64,000 nucleotides of DNA, taken from contig JAIRKZ010000100.1 of the NCBI GenBank assembly GCA_031259845.1, forward strand, positions 809 through 64,808, in the 5' to 3' direction. Positions 21,456 through 31,122 of this stretch are shown one piece after another. The stretch's first letter is position 1. Every line of letters begins with the position of its first letter. The notes below the pieces were generated by a model. The model was not told where the DNA came from. It ran no database searches and worked only from the letters and a program-made list of their open reading frames with translations. This DNA comes from Tannerellaceae bacterium (GTDB taxonomy: Bacteria; Bacteroidota; Bacteroidia; Bacteroidales; Tannerellaceae). The position numbers and the translations under genes are program-made.

Positions 21456-22406
21456 TTATTGATTTTGCACCTGATATGCTTTGTTTAAATCTTCGAATGG
21501 AGTGTATGACATCCAGTCTACCTCTAACGCATACGGATAAAGCGGCTTTTCAATAGAGTTTGGATTTGTCTGAACAGGCCAGTTGTTCGTATGCCAGAAA
21601 TTAATCAAGTAACGGGTGGGAGGGACAGGAATACCTGTAAAATTAGGTGTTGGTCCCGGATAATCCCATAATACTATTTTTTCGTTTGTATCGGGATGGA
21701 TGATCCACCACGTTAAACGATTGGGATACCAGTCGAAGCCGTAGATGTAAAACCGTGCGGCAGCATTGTAATTTGCAATAGGCGTAATCGTTTCCGGCTG
21801 ACTTTGCAACCCCGTAAGTTGGCCACTTCTGTTTCTTTCCGCTCTATCTGCTTTGTACGAAGTGCTATAAATGATACCTTTAGCCAAATTTATCGTTCTG
21901 CCTACCCTTTGCAAGTCGCCTTTTGTACCTGTCCATGTTCCAATATATATGACTTCAGGGTCGGCTATCAGCCATTCATAATCAATTTCGCTTAATCCGT
22001 GAACAGAATCCATGCGGTATGTGAAATATCCAACTACCGCGCCAAGATTGGGTTGAACTTTTGTGACATCCGGAACTCTGATTCGTGCCGAATAAGTACC
22101 AAAATGGGTAAGCTCTTTAGACCCAATTTCAGGGCCGCGCCCAGCGCCCGCAGGATCTTCAGTATCCATCCTAAGCATCATAATATCAGTGCCTCTTTCC
22201 GTCAGCGAAGGAATATTCGGATAATAACGATAATCATAGCCTATACGCCTCATATTGAAATTAAAAAACTCTGACGCTGATTTATTAAAATTCTCAATAA
22301 ACGGCCCATGATACCGGGCTTCACTCGCGGCCCCTGTTTGCTGGGCTTGCACGTAACTTGCCATTAAAACTACGGCTAAAAAAACCAGAAAAAACGTCTT
22401 GTTCAT
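21456..22406 (-). CDS. glycoside hydrolase family 16 protein (paralogue 1)
   Basis: Signal peptide; GAVVGYFTY, EIDYE, FYIYGFDWYP, EVDWMSY. Confidence 0.88.
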   Translation of the reverse strand: MNKTFFLVFLAVVLMASYVQAQQTGAASEARYHGPFIENFNKSASEFFNFNMRRIGYDYRYYPNIPSLTERGTDIMMLRMDTEDPAGAGRGPEIGSKELTHFGTYSARIRVPDVTKVQPNLGAVVGYFTYRMDSVHGLSEIDYEWLIADPEVIYIGTWTGTKGDLQRVGRTINLAKGIIYSTSYKADRAERNRSGQLTGLQSQPETITPIANYNAAARFYIYGFDWYPNRLTWWIIHPDTNEKIVLWDYPGPTPNFTGIPVPPTRYLINFWHTNNWPVQTNPNSIEKPLYPYALEVDWMSYTPFEDLNKAYQVQNQ

Positions 22407-22555
22407 GATAAATATTTTAATTACTTTGAAATTATTAATAATCTTACCTCCATCTCTGCGTCGTAAATAGCTTTACGTAAAAACACCAGTATCCTCTGAG
22501 AAATACAGCCAATACAATAGCCATTAACAAACCACATTCATTGACAAAATCACAT

Positions 22556-22958
22556 CATTGCTGTTCCATTAAAATCTTAAAAAAAAGTTCCTTGAAATAC
22601 TTGAAATTTAGTTACAGCAATTTTTCGAGAGAACAGACTTGAATTTGTAGCTTTACATCAGAATAATCTGATTGCTTATGTTTCAAGAAAAATATGTTTT
22701 TTCCTAATTGGTTTCGTTTCTCAATCGAAGTAAATTCAATCGCATTTATTGTTTAGTGGTAATCATTCGAAAAGATATGCAACTCGACCGAAGGACATAC
22801 GAAGTCCTGCAAATTCTTAGCATCTCTTTGACTGACAAAATTCTTCTGCGAGACCTGTATGACAAAACTAAATCTCAAGATTTCAAAGAACGTTTTTGGC
22901 TAAATGGGCCAAGTTTATTTAATATTTAAAATCGTCCCATTTTTATGGGACACTAATG
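22556..22958 (+). mobile_element. internally deleted IS4-family element (about 403 bp, non-autonomous)
   Basis: Imperfect terminal IRs CATTGCTGTTCCATTAAAA / TTTTTATGGGACACTAATG; flanks AAATCACAT (22547-22555) and AAATAACAT (22959-22967) as 9-bp TSD with one mismatch; ATG 22678 MFQEKYVFS*LVSFLNRSKFNRI (DUF4372-like N-terminus) joined to YCLV..KDMQLDRRTYEVLQILSISLTDK (transposase C-terminus). Confidence 0.82.
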
Positions 22959-23143
22959 AAATAACATTCATAATTAAAAGCACGTACACTTCAAACGAGT
23001 AATGAAACTTTCCTTCGGCATCGGGATTATATGAGAACCTTCGCCAACTCATCCATTTATAACCCTTCCTGCCTTATTCCAACATTAGTCAATAATTTTT
23101 ATAACATGCAGAAAAAATGACAATAAAAAAACTAAAAACTTCT

Positions 23144-24436
23144 TCATTGATTTAGTTCCATAAACTTCGAAATCAAAAATTTCAAAGTTCTCGCATCGCC
23201 TCCTCGTCTATTTTGAGCAACTTGTTCTTCTTTGGTTGCAGCGGATTGTACATTATACGTTGCAGGATTATAATAAGTTCTAAGAAAACCATCGACTCCC
23301 GACCATACTGTATGAACAATACCTTGAAAATGATCAGTTACGGCTCTTTGTAGATTTCTGGTACGCCAGTCGAGCATATCATTAAGATGCTGTTCTGCTA
23401 TAGCTGTATTATTCCAAGGTGATGAGGCTACGTCTAAACCATTAAAAGCAAATTGTACAGCGGTTAAACCTGAATAATCATAATGCCAATCGCAAATAAA
23501 AACATCCTTATTAATCATACCAATAGCAGCAGACGTATTGTTCAAGGAAGCCTCCCATGAGCCTAAACCGGTTGCCAACCTGCTACCGTCAATCAGCCGG
23601 TCACCCCAAATCATAAGCCGTCGATTGCTTTTAGCCAAGTGATCTTGTATTCGATTTACTTCATCTGAAAAAAGTACAAACTTGGCTATTCCCGCACAAC
23701 GGGGGCATCTTTCGTCGCCCAGATGAAACACTTCATCCATTCCTGCATGAAACCAATGGGCTTCGAAAGCATCCATCAGCTCATCAACCACTGCAAAAAC
23801 TACATCATGTACATCCGGATGAAGTGGACAATAGCTTTTGCAGTACAATGCATCGCTGTATGGTTGTGGCCGGCCGGATACATTTGTATAGTCAGAATAA
23901 TTCTCTGTTTTTATATGAGGAACTTCATCAAATTGAGGAAATTCCCTCAATAAGGCATATGTTGTGCCTGCCCAGGACTGATGCCCCAACAAATTTATCT
24001 GCGGAGCAATCTGTATGTTATGCTTTTTACATACTGCGACTATTTTTTTGACATCCTCTTTTGTAAGTGGATTTGGGTCTCTGAGTTGCGGATAGCTCTC
24101 GAATGCATAATTCCAGTCTACACGTATAATAAGCAAGTTGAAATGTGCAGGAGCCAAATCTTCTTCAATAAATTTGCAAAACAAATCCACGCCATTCCGA
24201 GATGGGCCGCCAATTGCCAGGCCTCTCACCGGCAAAACGTCGTCAATCTTTTTTATCATTGAACTGTCTGTCGGTATTAGCTGACCCGGCCAATTTGGGG
24301 ATGCAAATTGCGAAACAGGGAGTTTCCTCTGTTCCTGACGTAGTTGCTCCTGCTCAGGTGTTAATGAAAACTGTTGCTGACCCAAAGAAACTTGCAAAAA
24401 GCAAAAACATAATGAACTAATAAATAAACGTCTCAT
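23144..24436 (-). CDS. GH20-like hexosaminidase-family TIM-barrel protein
   Basis: Signal peptide; PQINLLGHQSW, YCPLHP, FHAGMDEV (HxGxDE catalytic motif), MIWGDRL, CDWHY. Confidence 0.8.
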   Translation of the reverse strand: MRRLFISSLCFCFLQVSLGQQQFSLTPEQEQLRQEQRKLPVSQFASPNWPGQLIPTDSSMIKKIDDVLPVRGLAIGGPSRNGVDLFCKFIEEDLAPAHFNLLIIRVDWNYAFESYPQLRDPNPLTKEDVKKIVAVCKKHNIQIAPQINLLGHQSWAGTTYALLREFPQFDEVPHIKTENYSDYTNVSGRPQPYSDALYCKSYCPLHPDVHDVVFAVVDELMDAFEAHWFHAGMDEVFHLGDERCPRCAGIAKFVLFSDEVNRIQDHLAKSNRRLMIWGDRLIDGSRLATGLGSWEASLNNTSAAIGMINKDVFICDWHYDYSGLTAVQFAFNGLDVASSPWNNTAIAEQHLNDMLDWRTRNLQRAVTDHFQGIVHTVWSGVDGFLRTYYNPATYNVQSAATKEEQVAQNRRGGDARTLKFLISKFMELNQ

Positions 24437-24439
24437 AAA

Positions 24440-25645
24440 CTATTCAGGGATTAATTTGAAACTAATTTCATCGAATAAGAAGTCACTTTTATAAAACTGT
24501 CCCCATACATTACGTAATTCAATACCTAAATATATTGTTCCGGTAAATGGAGCTATATATACTCCATAAGAACCTCCATTACGATATCTACCGGGACCAT
24601 TATAACCGTAGCCATAGGGAGTGCCATCTTGATTGTTTCCTGAAAGATCATTATCGTAAGGTGGAATAGGTGTATTTGCAACCCAATCATTAAAAGATGA
24701 TATGAATAGATTATCATCAGTAAACGTTGGAGTTACTCCATCACCTTCAAAATCTGCACTTCCTGCTGGTCCAGCTATACACCAAAATAAGACTCCGTTT
24801 GAAAAACCATCTGCATCCCATTTTACTTGTGCATCCAATTGAAATTTTTCGCCTTCCACTACATCTATTGCTTGATATACGGCTGTAGTATGACTAGCAG
24901 AGTTGGTCCGTCCGACAAATCTTAGGCACCCCCCATTCCCTCCTGAAGGGCCATCTCCGTTATAACCAAATTCAACTGGGTAACCTGTACCCTTTATTGA
25001 CCAGTAAATTGCATCTGTTTCATCCATACCGCCGCCTTTTATCATTTCGAAATCAGGAACAACTTCTATATCTATTTCATATACAGCCTCATCTCCCAAA
25101 TACCCTATTGTAGTTATCTTCACATTATAAGTTCCAAAATCAGGGAACTCATGAGTAAGGGAAAAATCAGCATTTTCAATCACTACTCCATCACCAAAAT
25201 CCCATGTAATTGATACTGCATTTGCGGAAGAAGTTGCATCAAAATCTATGATGCGACCGAATCCTCCTTCACGATATCTTCGGGCAGTGTATTGATAAAA
25301 TGCTGATACCTTTCCGGAAACAGAAAAACTCTTTTCGACTTGTGACGAATACCCTGCAGGACTATTCACTTTAAGAGTAATAGTATAAATTCCTGCCGAT
25401 GAAAAGGTATGTAGCGGCGACGCTTCAGTTGAAGATGTACCGTCCCCAAAATCCCAATAATACGACTCAGCGTCAGTTGAAGTACCTGTAAACTGAACTT
25501 CCAGATCAACAATTTCGTATATAAAGGATGCCACGGGTTTAGCCCCCTCTTTCACCTCGGAAGAAATTTTATAACTATCATCATTACACATTACCAAAAA
25601 AAAGATAAGTGTTAATGGCACTAATTTTAATGAAATATTCTTCAT
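24440..25645 (-). CDS. PKD-domain surface glycan-binding lipoprotein
   Basis: Lipoprotein Cys (LVMC-NDD); two PKD repeats with WDFGDG; C-terminal CBM-like beta-sandwich ending FLFDEISF. Confidence 0.8.
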   Translation of the reverse strand: MKNISLKLVPLTLIFFLVMCNDDSYKISSEVKEGAKPVASFIYEIVDLEVQFTGTSTDAESYYWDFGDGTSSTEASPLHTFSSAGIYTITLKVNSPAGYSSQVEKSFSVSGKVSAFYQYTARRYREGGFGRIIDFDATSSANAVSITWDFGDGVVIENADFSLTHEFPDFGTYNVKITTIGYLGDEAVYEIDIEVVPDFEMIKGGGMDETDAIYWSIKGTGYPVEFGYNGDGPSGGNGGCLRFVGRTNSASHTTAVYQAIDVVEGEKFQLDAQVKWDADGFSNGVLFWCIAGPAGSADFEGDGVTPTFTDDNLFISSFNDWVANTPIPPYDNDLSGNNQDGTPYGYGYNGPGRYRNGGSYGVYIAPFTGTIYLGIELRNVWGQFYKSDFLFDEISFKLIPE

Positions 25646-25686
25646 ACTATGATTAATTTTATTTTGATGTAAAATCTTTATATTAA

Positions 25687-26343
25687 CTATAAGTTGGGGA
25701 AAAGGGTCCGAACTTCACTTTCAGACGCATCTTCATCAACATTATCCCAATGTTCACTATTCAAATCAATAATTACCACGACACTAGTATTTGCGTCACT
25801 AAGTTCATAATTGGTGGGATTGGTAATTTTCACGGCAAGCACTAACATTTTCCATTTATCATCGTCAACAAGTGATGCTCTTGAATTTGCCAATTCTTTT
25901 AGATTAACAGACAAATAGAATGTGCCGGTATTTTTGCCTGCATCCACAACTAAGTTGGCTGGTAATTGATATAAATCCGATGGTATTTGCAAAGCTGATT
26001 TACCACTTTCTTCCAATTGGAATATCTTTAAGTCTGTTTCATCTTGCGATATTTCTACATTAACTGAGAACTCCTTTGCATCAGCAATAGACCCCGCACG
26101 CACAACTCCTAATACAATATTAAGTATGCCATCTTTATAAAAGCAATTATATGTTGTATATTCTCCTAATGGTCCGTTAGGAACAGGATAAGAATTATCC
26201 ATACCGGTAAGGGTTGCTTGAGGCATATAAATCTTAGGAAATCCATAATCTTTCGCACTATCGCTCTCCTCACAGCTTATTAACATTATCGCTAACAATG
26301 TGAAAGCAAATAATAACTTGTATCTTTTAAAAATTAATATCAT
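25687..26343 (-). CDS. DUF1735-like lipoprotein
   Basis: Lipobox LISC; KIYMPQA, LGVVRAG, IPSDLYQLP, LAVKI..YEL; directly downstream of susD. Confidence 0.7.
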   Translation of the reverse strand: MILIFKRYKLLFAFTLLAIMLISCEESDSAKDYGFPKIYMPQATLTGMDNSYPVPNGPLGEYTTYNCFYKDGILNIVLGVVRAGSIADAKEFSVNVEISQDETDLKIFQLEESGKSALQIPSDLYQLPANLVVDAGKNTGTFYLSVNLKELANSRASLVDDDKWKMLVLAVKITNPTNYELSDANTSVVVIIDLNSEHWDNVDEDASESEVRTLFPNL

Positions 26344-26362
26344 ATTATTTTTTATTATAAGT

Positions 26363-28174
26363 TTAATTATAACCAGGATTTTGTGTCAGTGTTCCACCTG
26401 AATTTGTTATTTCTTTACGCGTAAATGGCAAATAGTAATTGTGAGAATTGAATACTCTTGTAGCTACATTTACATACGAATAAGTATATCCTCCAAGAGA
26501 GTTTTTTCCAACAATTACACCTCTTACTGGTTTGTTTAATACCTCATAGGCATCTTTCCAACGAATAAGATCCCAATAACGATGATCTTCAAATGCAAGC
26601 TCTACTTGACGCTCATTCTTTACCGCAGCTCTAAAGTCTTCTTTACTGGCAGCAGTAACGTCCGGCAGCAATGTGCTTGCGCTGCGGCGTACTTCTATTA
26701 AAGCTTCACGTGCGGTAAGCCCGTATCCTTTTGGATCAGCGTTGGGTCCGTAAGCCTCGTTCATTGCCTCTGCATAATTCAACAACACTTCGGCATAACG
26801 GTATGCAGGCCATACATGGTCAGCATTACCTCCTTCAACAAGATTCAAATTGGGGGATAGGAATTTTTTCAAATAATATCCTGTTTTGCTGGCGCCATTT
26901 ACTGCCATATCGTATGCTCCCCCCGGTGACTGGTCAAAATTAAGAACCCCATTCCATTCGCTTCCATTAACAACAATTGTAGCTTTCAAACGGGGATCCC
27001 TGTTTGTATAGGGGTTTTCAGTAATCGGGCCGATATATTCGTAGGCATCAACAAGGTTTTGAGACGGTGTAATACCACTATTTCCTCCACGTGTACCTAT
27101 TGGGTAATTCAGTCGTTCAGGAGTACTCCCTTGCGCTCTGCGAATAAGAAATATGGATTGAACGTCCGAGGTTGATGCGTTTCCTGAAAAATACGCATTG
27201 TAATCTTTGTTTTCCGGCATCTTGTAATCTGGCCTCGTTATAGGGTCCGTGCCAAACCCAAATCCTTTGGCAAATATTGCTTTTCTTACTTCTATCACAT
27301 CATGTGCGGCTTTTGCAGCTCTTTCCCACTTTGATAGATCATTGCTATGGTTATTGAGTGGACTGGCGGCATACAGTAAAGTACGAGCTTTGATAGCTAA
27401 AGCCGAGGTTTTATCGAATCTTCCGGTACTATTTCTATAATTCCAGTTTCTTACATCTGCCCACCGGTCATATCCCTCATCAAGCATAACGCGCCAGTCA
27501 AGATTAACTTTATCTGCATTATCATCAATTAATTTAACAATATACTCCACAACATCATCATACGGAGACTGTGGAACTCTTCCCATATCCGCATCATTTT
27601 CCATAGTTGTGGTTATAATCGGTACGCCACCATACATTTTGATCAATTCGGAATAATAATACGCGATAGCGATCATAGCCTCGGCTCTTTGCCAGTTGAG
27701 ATTGATAACATCTCTTCGGTAACTCATCCTATTTTCAGTATGATAAATTGTCCCATCTGGATTATACAATGCAGATGTATCACGATTAAGCGCAAGAAAA
27801 TTCTCACCATTCTTTGCATAATCAATAAAAAAATGTGCCGCTCTTATGCCTTCATAATAATTATTATACAAGCCCGACAATGGATTAAGTTCGGGAGAAA
27901 TAATCCCTCTATTGAAATATGACACATTTGACACCGGAGCTGTTTGTTGCGCTTCATCGGAAGCGGCGGCAAATAAGTTATTATCAATTGTAGTAAATCC
28001 ATATTGCATCGGTCCATAATAAGCATTTGCAAAATTCGCCATTGTTGCACTTCTTGTCTCAAGCCTGTCCATCGTATCAAAAACATCAATACGCGTATCT
28101 AAAAAGTCTTTACATCCGGCAAAAGAAGACGCTATCAATGCGAAGAGAGCAATATATATATTTTTTCTTTTCAT
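26363..28174 (-). CDS. susD: SusD/RagB family nutrient-binding lipoprotein (second of tandem pair)
   Basis: Lipobox FAGC-KDFLD; YGGVPI, ARTLLYAASPL, YRYAEVLLNYAEA, ERQVELAFEDHRYWDLIRW, LTQNPGY. Confidence 0.93.
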   Translation of the reverse strand: MKRKNIYIALFALIASSFAGCKDFLDTRIDVFDTMDRLETRSATMANFANAYYGPMQYGFTTIDNNLFAAASDEAQQTAPVSNVSYFNRGIISPELNPLSGLYNNYYEGIRAAHFFIDYAKNGENFLALNRDTSALYNPDGTIYHTENRMSYRRDVINLNWQRAEAMIAIAYYYSELIKMYGGVPIITTTMENDADMGRVPQSPYDDVVEYIVKLIDDNADKVNLDWRVMLDEGYDRWADVRNWNYRNSTGRFDKTSALAIKARTLLYAASPLNNHSNDLSKWERAAKAAHDVIEVRKAIFAKGFGFGTDPITRPDYKMPENKDYNAYFSGNASTSDVQSIFLIRRAQGSTPERLNYPIGTRGGNSGITPSQNLVDAYEYIGPITENPYTNRDPRLKATIVVNGSEWNGVLNFDQSPGGAYDMAVNGASKTGYYLKKFLSPNLNLVEGGNADHVWPAYRYAEVLLNYAEAMNEAYGPNADPKGYGLTAREALIEVRRSASTLLPDVTAASKEDFRAAVKNERQVELAFEDHRYWDLIRWKDAYEVLNKPVRGVIVGKNSLGGYTYSYVNVATRVFNSHNYYLPFTRKEITNSGGTLTQNPGYN

Positions 28175-28193
28175 GTTATAATTTTTTACCATA

Positions 28194-31094
28194 TTAAAAA
28201 GTTACTTGAATACCTGCATAATATGATTTTAATGCAGGATAACCATAGTCGGCGATTTCAGGATCCATGTTGTAGTCTTTCAACAATGAACTGAAAGTAA
28301 GAGGATTAAGCACATTCACATACAAACGGAACTTTGAAATTCCGACATTCTTGAAATATCGAAGGTTACTAAATTCATATCCCATTTCGATATTTTTAAG
28401 TCTTAAATAATCATTTTTGCGAATCCAAAACGTACTGGCAGCATAATTATTATCGTTTTGTTGTGCTGTCAACCGTGGAAAAGTCGCGCTTACCCTAGTA
28501 TCAATACCTTGTTCAGGGTAATAGGCCCAAGCGCCCTTAGCCCATTCGTAAGCATTGCCATAATCAAGAAAAGGCCGCCAAGCACTATTTGATAATTTGA
28601 CCGTAGAGCCTGCCGATCCGGTAAAAAATACCGAAAAGTCAAAACCCCTGTAAGCCACTTCGCCACCAAAACTAAATGCCCATTTGGGATAGGAAGGATT
28701 TCCGATTTTAGCGTAATCTGTTTGATCAATGAATCCGTCGTCGTCCTGGTCCTTGTAACGGAGATCACCGGGTTGTACCGCACCAAACAAAGGCTCGGGT
28801 ATACCGGCTTTTAAGCTACCGTCGGCATTAAAATCATGCAATTGGTAATAGCCGATGCATTCCAAGCCCATTTTTGTACCCAAGGGTAGTCCGGTAGATG
28901 CATTATAAGCGTATTTCGGCGGAACTTCCGCCATATAATCAACTTTATTCTTTGCATAAAATACTAATCCAAGCAACGAGTACTTAATGTCTCCTACTTT
29001 GTCGGAATACGAAACTGAAGTTTCAAAGCCTTTATTGGTCATCTTGCCCACATTGGCAAAATACAGAATTTTGCCGTAATAATTCATTATTGAATTATCA
29101 ATGGTCAATATACCGCTTCGCTTATCCATAAAAAAGTCTGATGAGAGGCCAAGTTTGTCGAATAAATTTAAATCAAGGCCTACATTATACTTAAGGCTTT
29201 TCTCAGCAAATAAATCTTTGTTTGCGGTAAACAGCGGTGCCAAACCATTATAGTTGTCACCGAAAGCAGGACCTAATCCCGTAACGATACCGGAGCTGCC
29301 AGCATAGTATTGTTGATATAAATACCGCCCATTTGAAAGAAAATCAGAATCTCCCCACATATCTCCCGCATTGCTTGATTCAGATGACTCAGTGCCTCCG
29401 GTTGTGCCGACAGAACCTCTTATTTTCAAAAAGCTTACTATATCGTTTGATTCAAAGAATGACTCATTTGAAGCGATCCAGGCTGCCGACAAAGAAGGAT
29501 AGAATCCATACCGGTTACCCGGCGCGTATCCATCGCTCCCAAAATATGAAAAACCAAACTCGGCCACATAACGCTTGTTGAAGGCATAATTAACTTTTCC
29601 ACTATAATTCAAAAAATGAGTTTTGAATGTGAAAAACTCTGATCCTTGTCCTTTATAATCTGAAATATGTGCATTTAATGCAGAGTTTAACTCATGCTTG
29701 TCGAAACTGACACCATATCCGATTGTAAGATTTCCCTGCATCCACTGCTCCATACCAGCTGAACTGTATGCAGTGGATCTGAGGTAGGTCGATAGATCCG
29801 AGGTCTGTGCTACCCCGTTATAATATCTCGCATAAGTACGGGTCTTGCCCATTGCACCGAGTGTTCTTGTATAAAAAGAGAAACTTTCCTGCAGATATAA
29901 TTTATCCAGCAAAAAATCCAAATTTTCTTTAAACTTGAAATTAGCCTGCAAAATACGTGTGCGATCTGTCACCCACCCCAATCCTGTAAGGGACCCCACA
30001 GGATTGTTGGGATAAATTGTGGTGCCGGAAAAATTACTTACCGGGTCATCAGTTATTTCGTCATAAACAGGGTAAATGTTTGACGGATAATTCAATACAT
30101 TCTGCGTCAGGTCAGAGATAATATAGTTAGGACGAAATCTGTCTTCCAGCCGTCCGCCAAGGTCTACACTGACAGCAAGAACTTTGTTCAAATCCATATC
30201 AAAATTGGCCCTGATTGCATATTTTTCAAATCTACTATTGGATGTTCTGTCGGTATTTTGAACATTGAATAAACCTTGCTGATTGGCGTAGCCCAAAACA
30301 ACATTATAACGCACAGCTTGCGAGCCTCCGCGAAACGATAAATCAACGTCGCTATAATATCCGTTTTTCCTATACACCTCATCATACCAGTCTACATCAA
30401 TTCCTCTACCATTTAAATAATCATCCAATTGACCGGCGGAATAAACAGGTGTCCATTTCATACCGTTGTCGTTACTGAATGCCTGGTTATATAAGGACGC
30501 ATAATCAAAAGAACGCAACGGCTTATTGATATCGATAGCCTGCTGAATCCCTGTACGGGCTTGAAAAGTAACGGTAGGAGCGCCAATATTTCCTCTTTTG
30601 GTCTCAATCCATAAGATACCGTCCGCACCACGCATACCGAAAGTGGACAAAGCTGCAGCGTCTTTAAAAACTGAAACAGTACTGATCTCCGCAGGTGACA
30701 GATACATGATGTAATCTGCGTTAACTTCAAAACCATCAACATAATACTTAAGCGTTGTATTGTTGCTGGATTGCGCGTATGAGCCAATACCGCGGATATA
30801 CATTTTCCCTACATCCCAGCCCGGGGTTCCATTACCGCCAACGGTAAACAATCCAGATAATCTCCCGGAAAAGGTATTTGTGAGATTCGGCACGGGAGTC
30901 TTGTATAGAGTTTCACTCGAAACTATTGACACAGCTCCAGTGCTCGTCACTTCATCTGCGGAAAATAAATTACCAGGGATAATCATGCTAAAAGACTGAT
31001 CTTCCGATGTTTCTATCTCCTGAGACATTACATCTAACGTTGTCAAAGAAATCAAGAACCCCAAAATCAAACTTGTACTAATTAATATCTTCAT
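28194..31094 (-). CDS. susC: SusC/RagA TonB-dependent transporter lacking the usual N-terminal extension (second of tandem pair)
   Basis: Plug TGAVSIV..LSGL, KDAAALSTFGMRGADGILWIETKRG, DYLRLKNIEMGY, C-terminal GIQVTF. Confidence 0.93.
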   Translation of the reverse strand: MKILISTSLILGFLISLTTLDVMSQEIETSEDQSFSMIIPGNLFSADEVTSTGAVSIVSSETLYKTPVPNLTNTFSGRLSGLFTVGGNGTPGWDVGKMYIRGIGSYAQSSNNTTLKYYVDGFEVNADYIMYLSPAEISTVSVFKDAAALSTFGMRGADGILWIETKRGNIGAPTVTFQARTGIQQAIDINKPLRSFDYASLYNQAFSNDNGMKWTPVYSAGQLDDYLNGRGIDVDWYDEVYRKNGYYSDVDLSFRGGSQAVRYNVVLGYANQQGLFNVQNTDRTSNSRFEKYAIRANFDMDLNKVLAVSVDLGGRLEDRFRPNYIISDLTQNVLNYPSNIYPVYDEITDDPVSNFSGTTIYPNNPVGSLTGLGWVTDRTRILQANFKFKENLDFLLDKLYLQESFSFYTRTLGAMGKTRTYARYYNGVAQTSDLSTYLRSTAYSSAGMEQWMQGNLTIGYGVSFDKHELNSALNAHISDYKGQGSEFFTFKTHFLNYSGKVNYAFNKRYVAEFGFSYFGSDGYAPGNRYGFYPSLSAAWIASNESFFESNDIVSFLKIRGSVGTTGGTESSESSNAGDMWGDSDFLSNGRYLYQQYYAGSSGIVTGLGPAFGDNYNGLAPLFTANKDLFAEKSLKYNVGLDLNLFDKLGLSSDFFMDKRSGILTIDNSIMNYYGKILYFANVGKMTNKGFETSVSYSDKVGDIKYSLLGLVFYAKNKVDYMAEVPPKYAYNASTGLPLGTKMGLECIGYYQLHDFNADGSLKAGIPEPLFGAVQPGDLRYKDQDDDGFIDQTDYAKIGNPSYPKWAFSFGGEVAYRGFDFSVFFTGSAGSTVKLSNSAWRPFLDYGNAYEWAKGAWAYYPEQGIDTRVSATFPRLTAQQNDNNYAASTFWIRKNDYLRLKNIEMGYEFSNLRYFKNVGISKFRLYVNVLNPLTFSSLLKDYNMDPEIADYGYPALKSYYAGIQVTF

Positions 31095-31122
31095 AATTTT
31101 TATTTTTTTTGGAACTATTTAA

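Noticed and set aside
22708-22929. 73-aa standalone protein
   Set aside because: Fused N- and C-terminal scraps of an IS4 transposase downstream of a premature stop.
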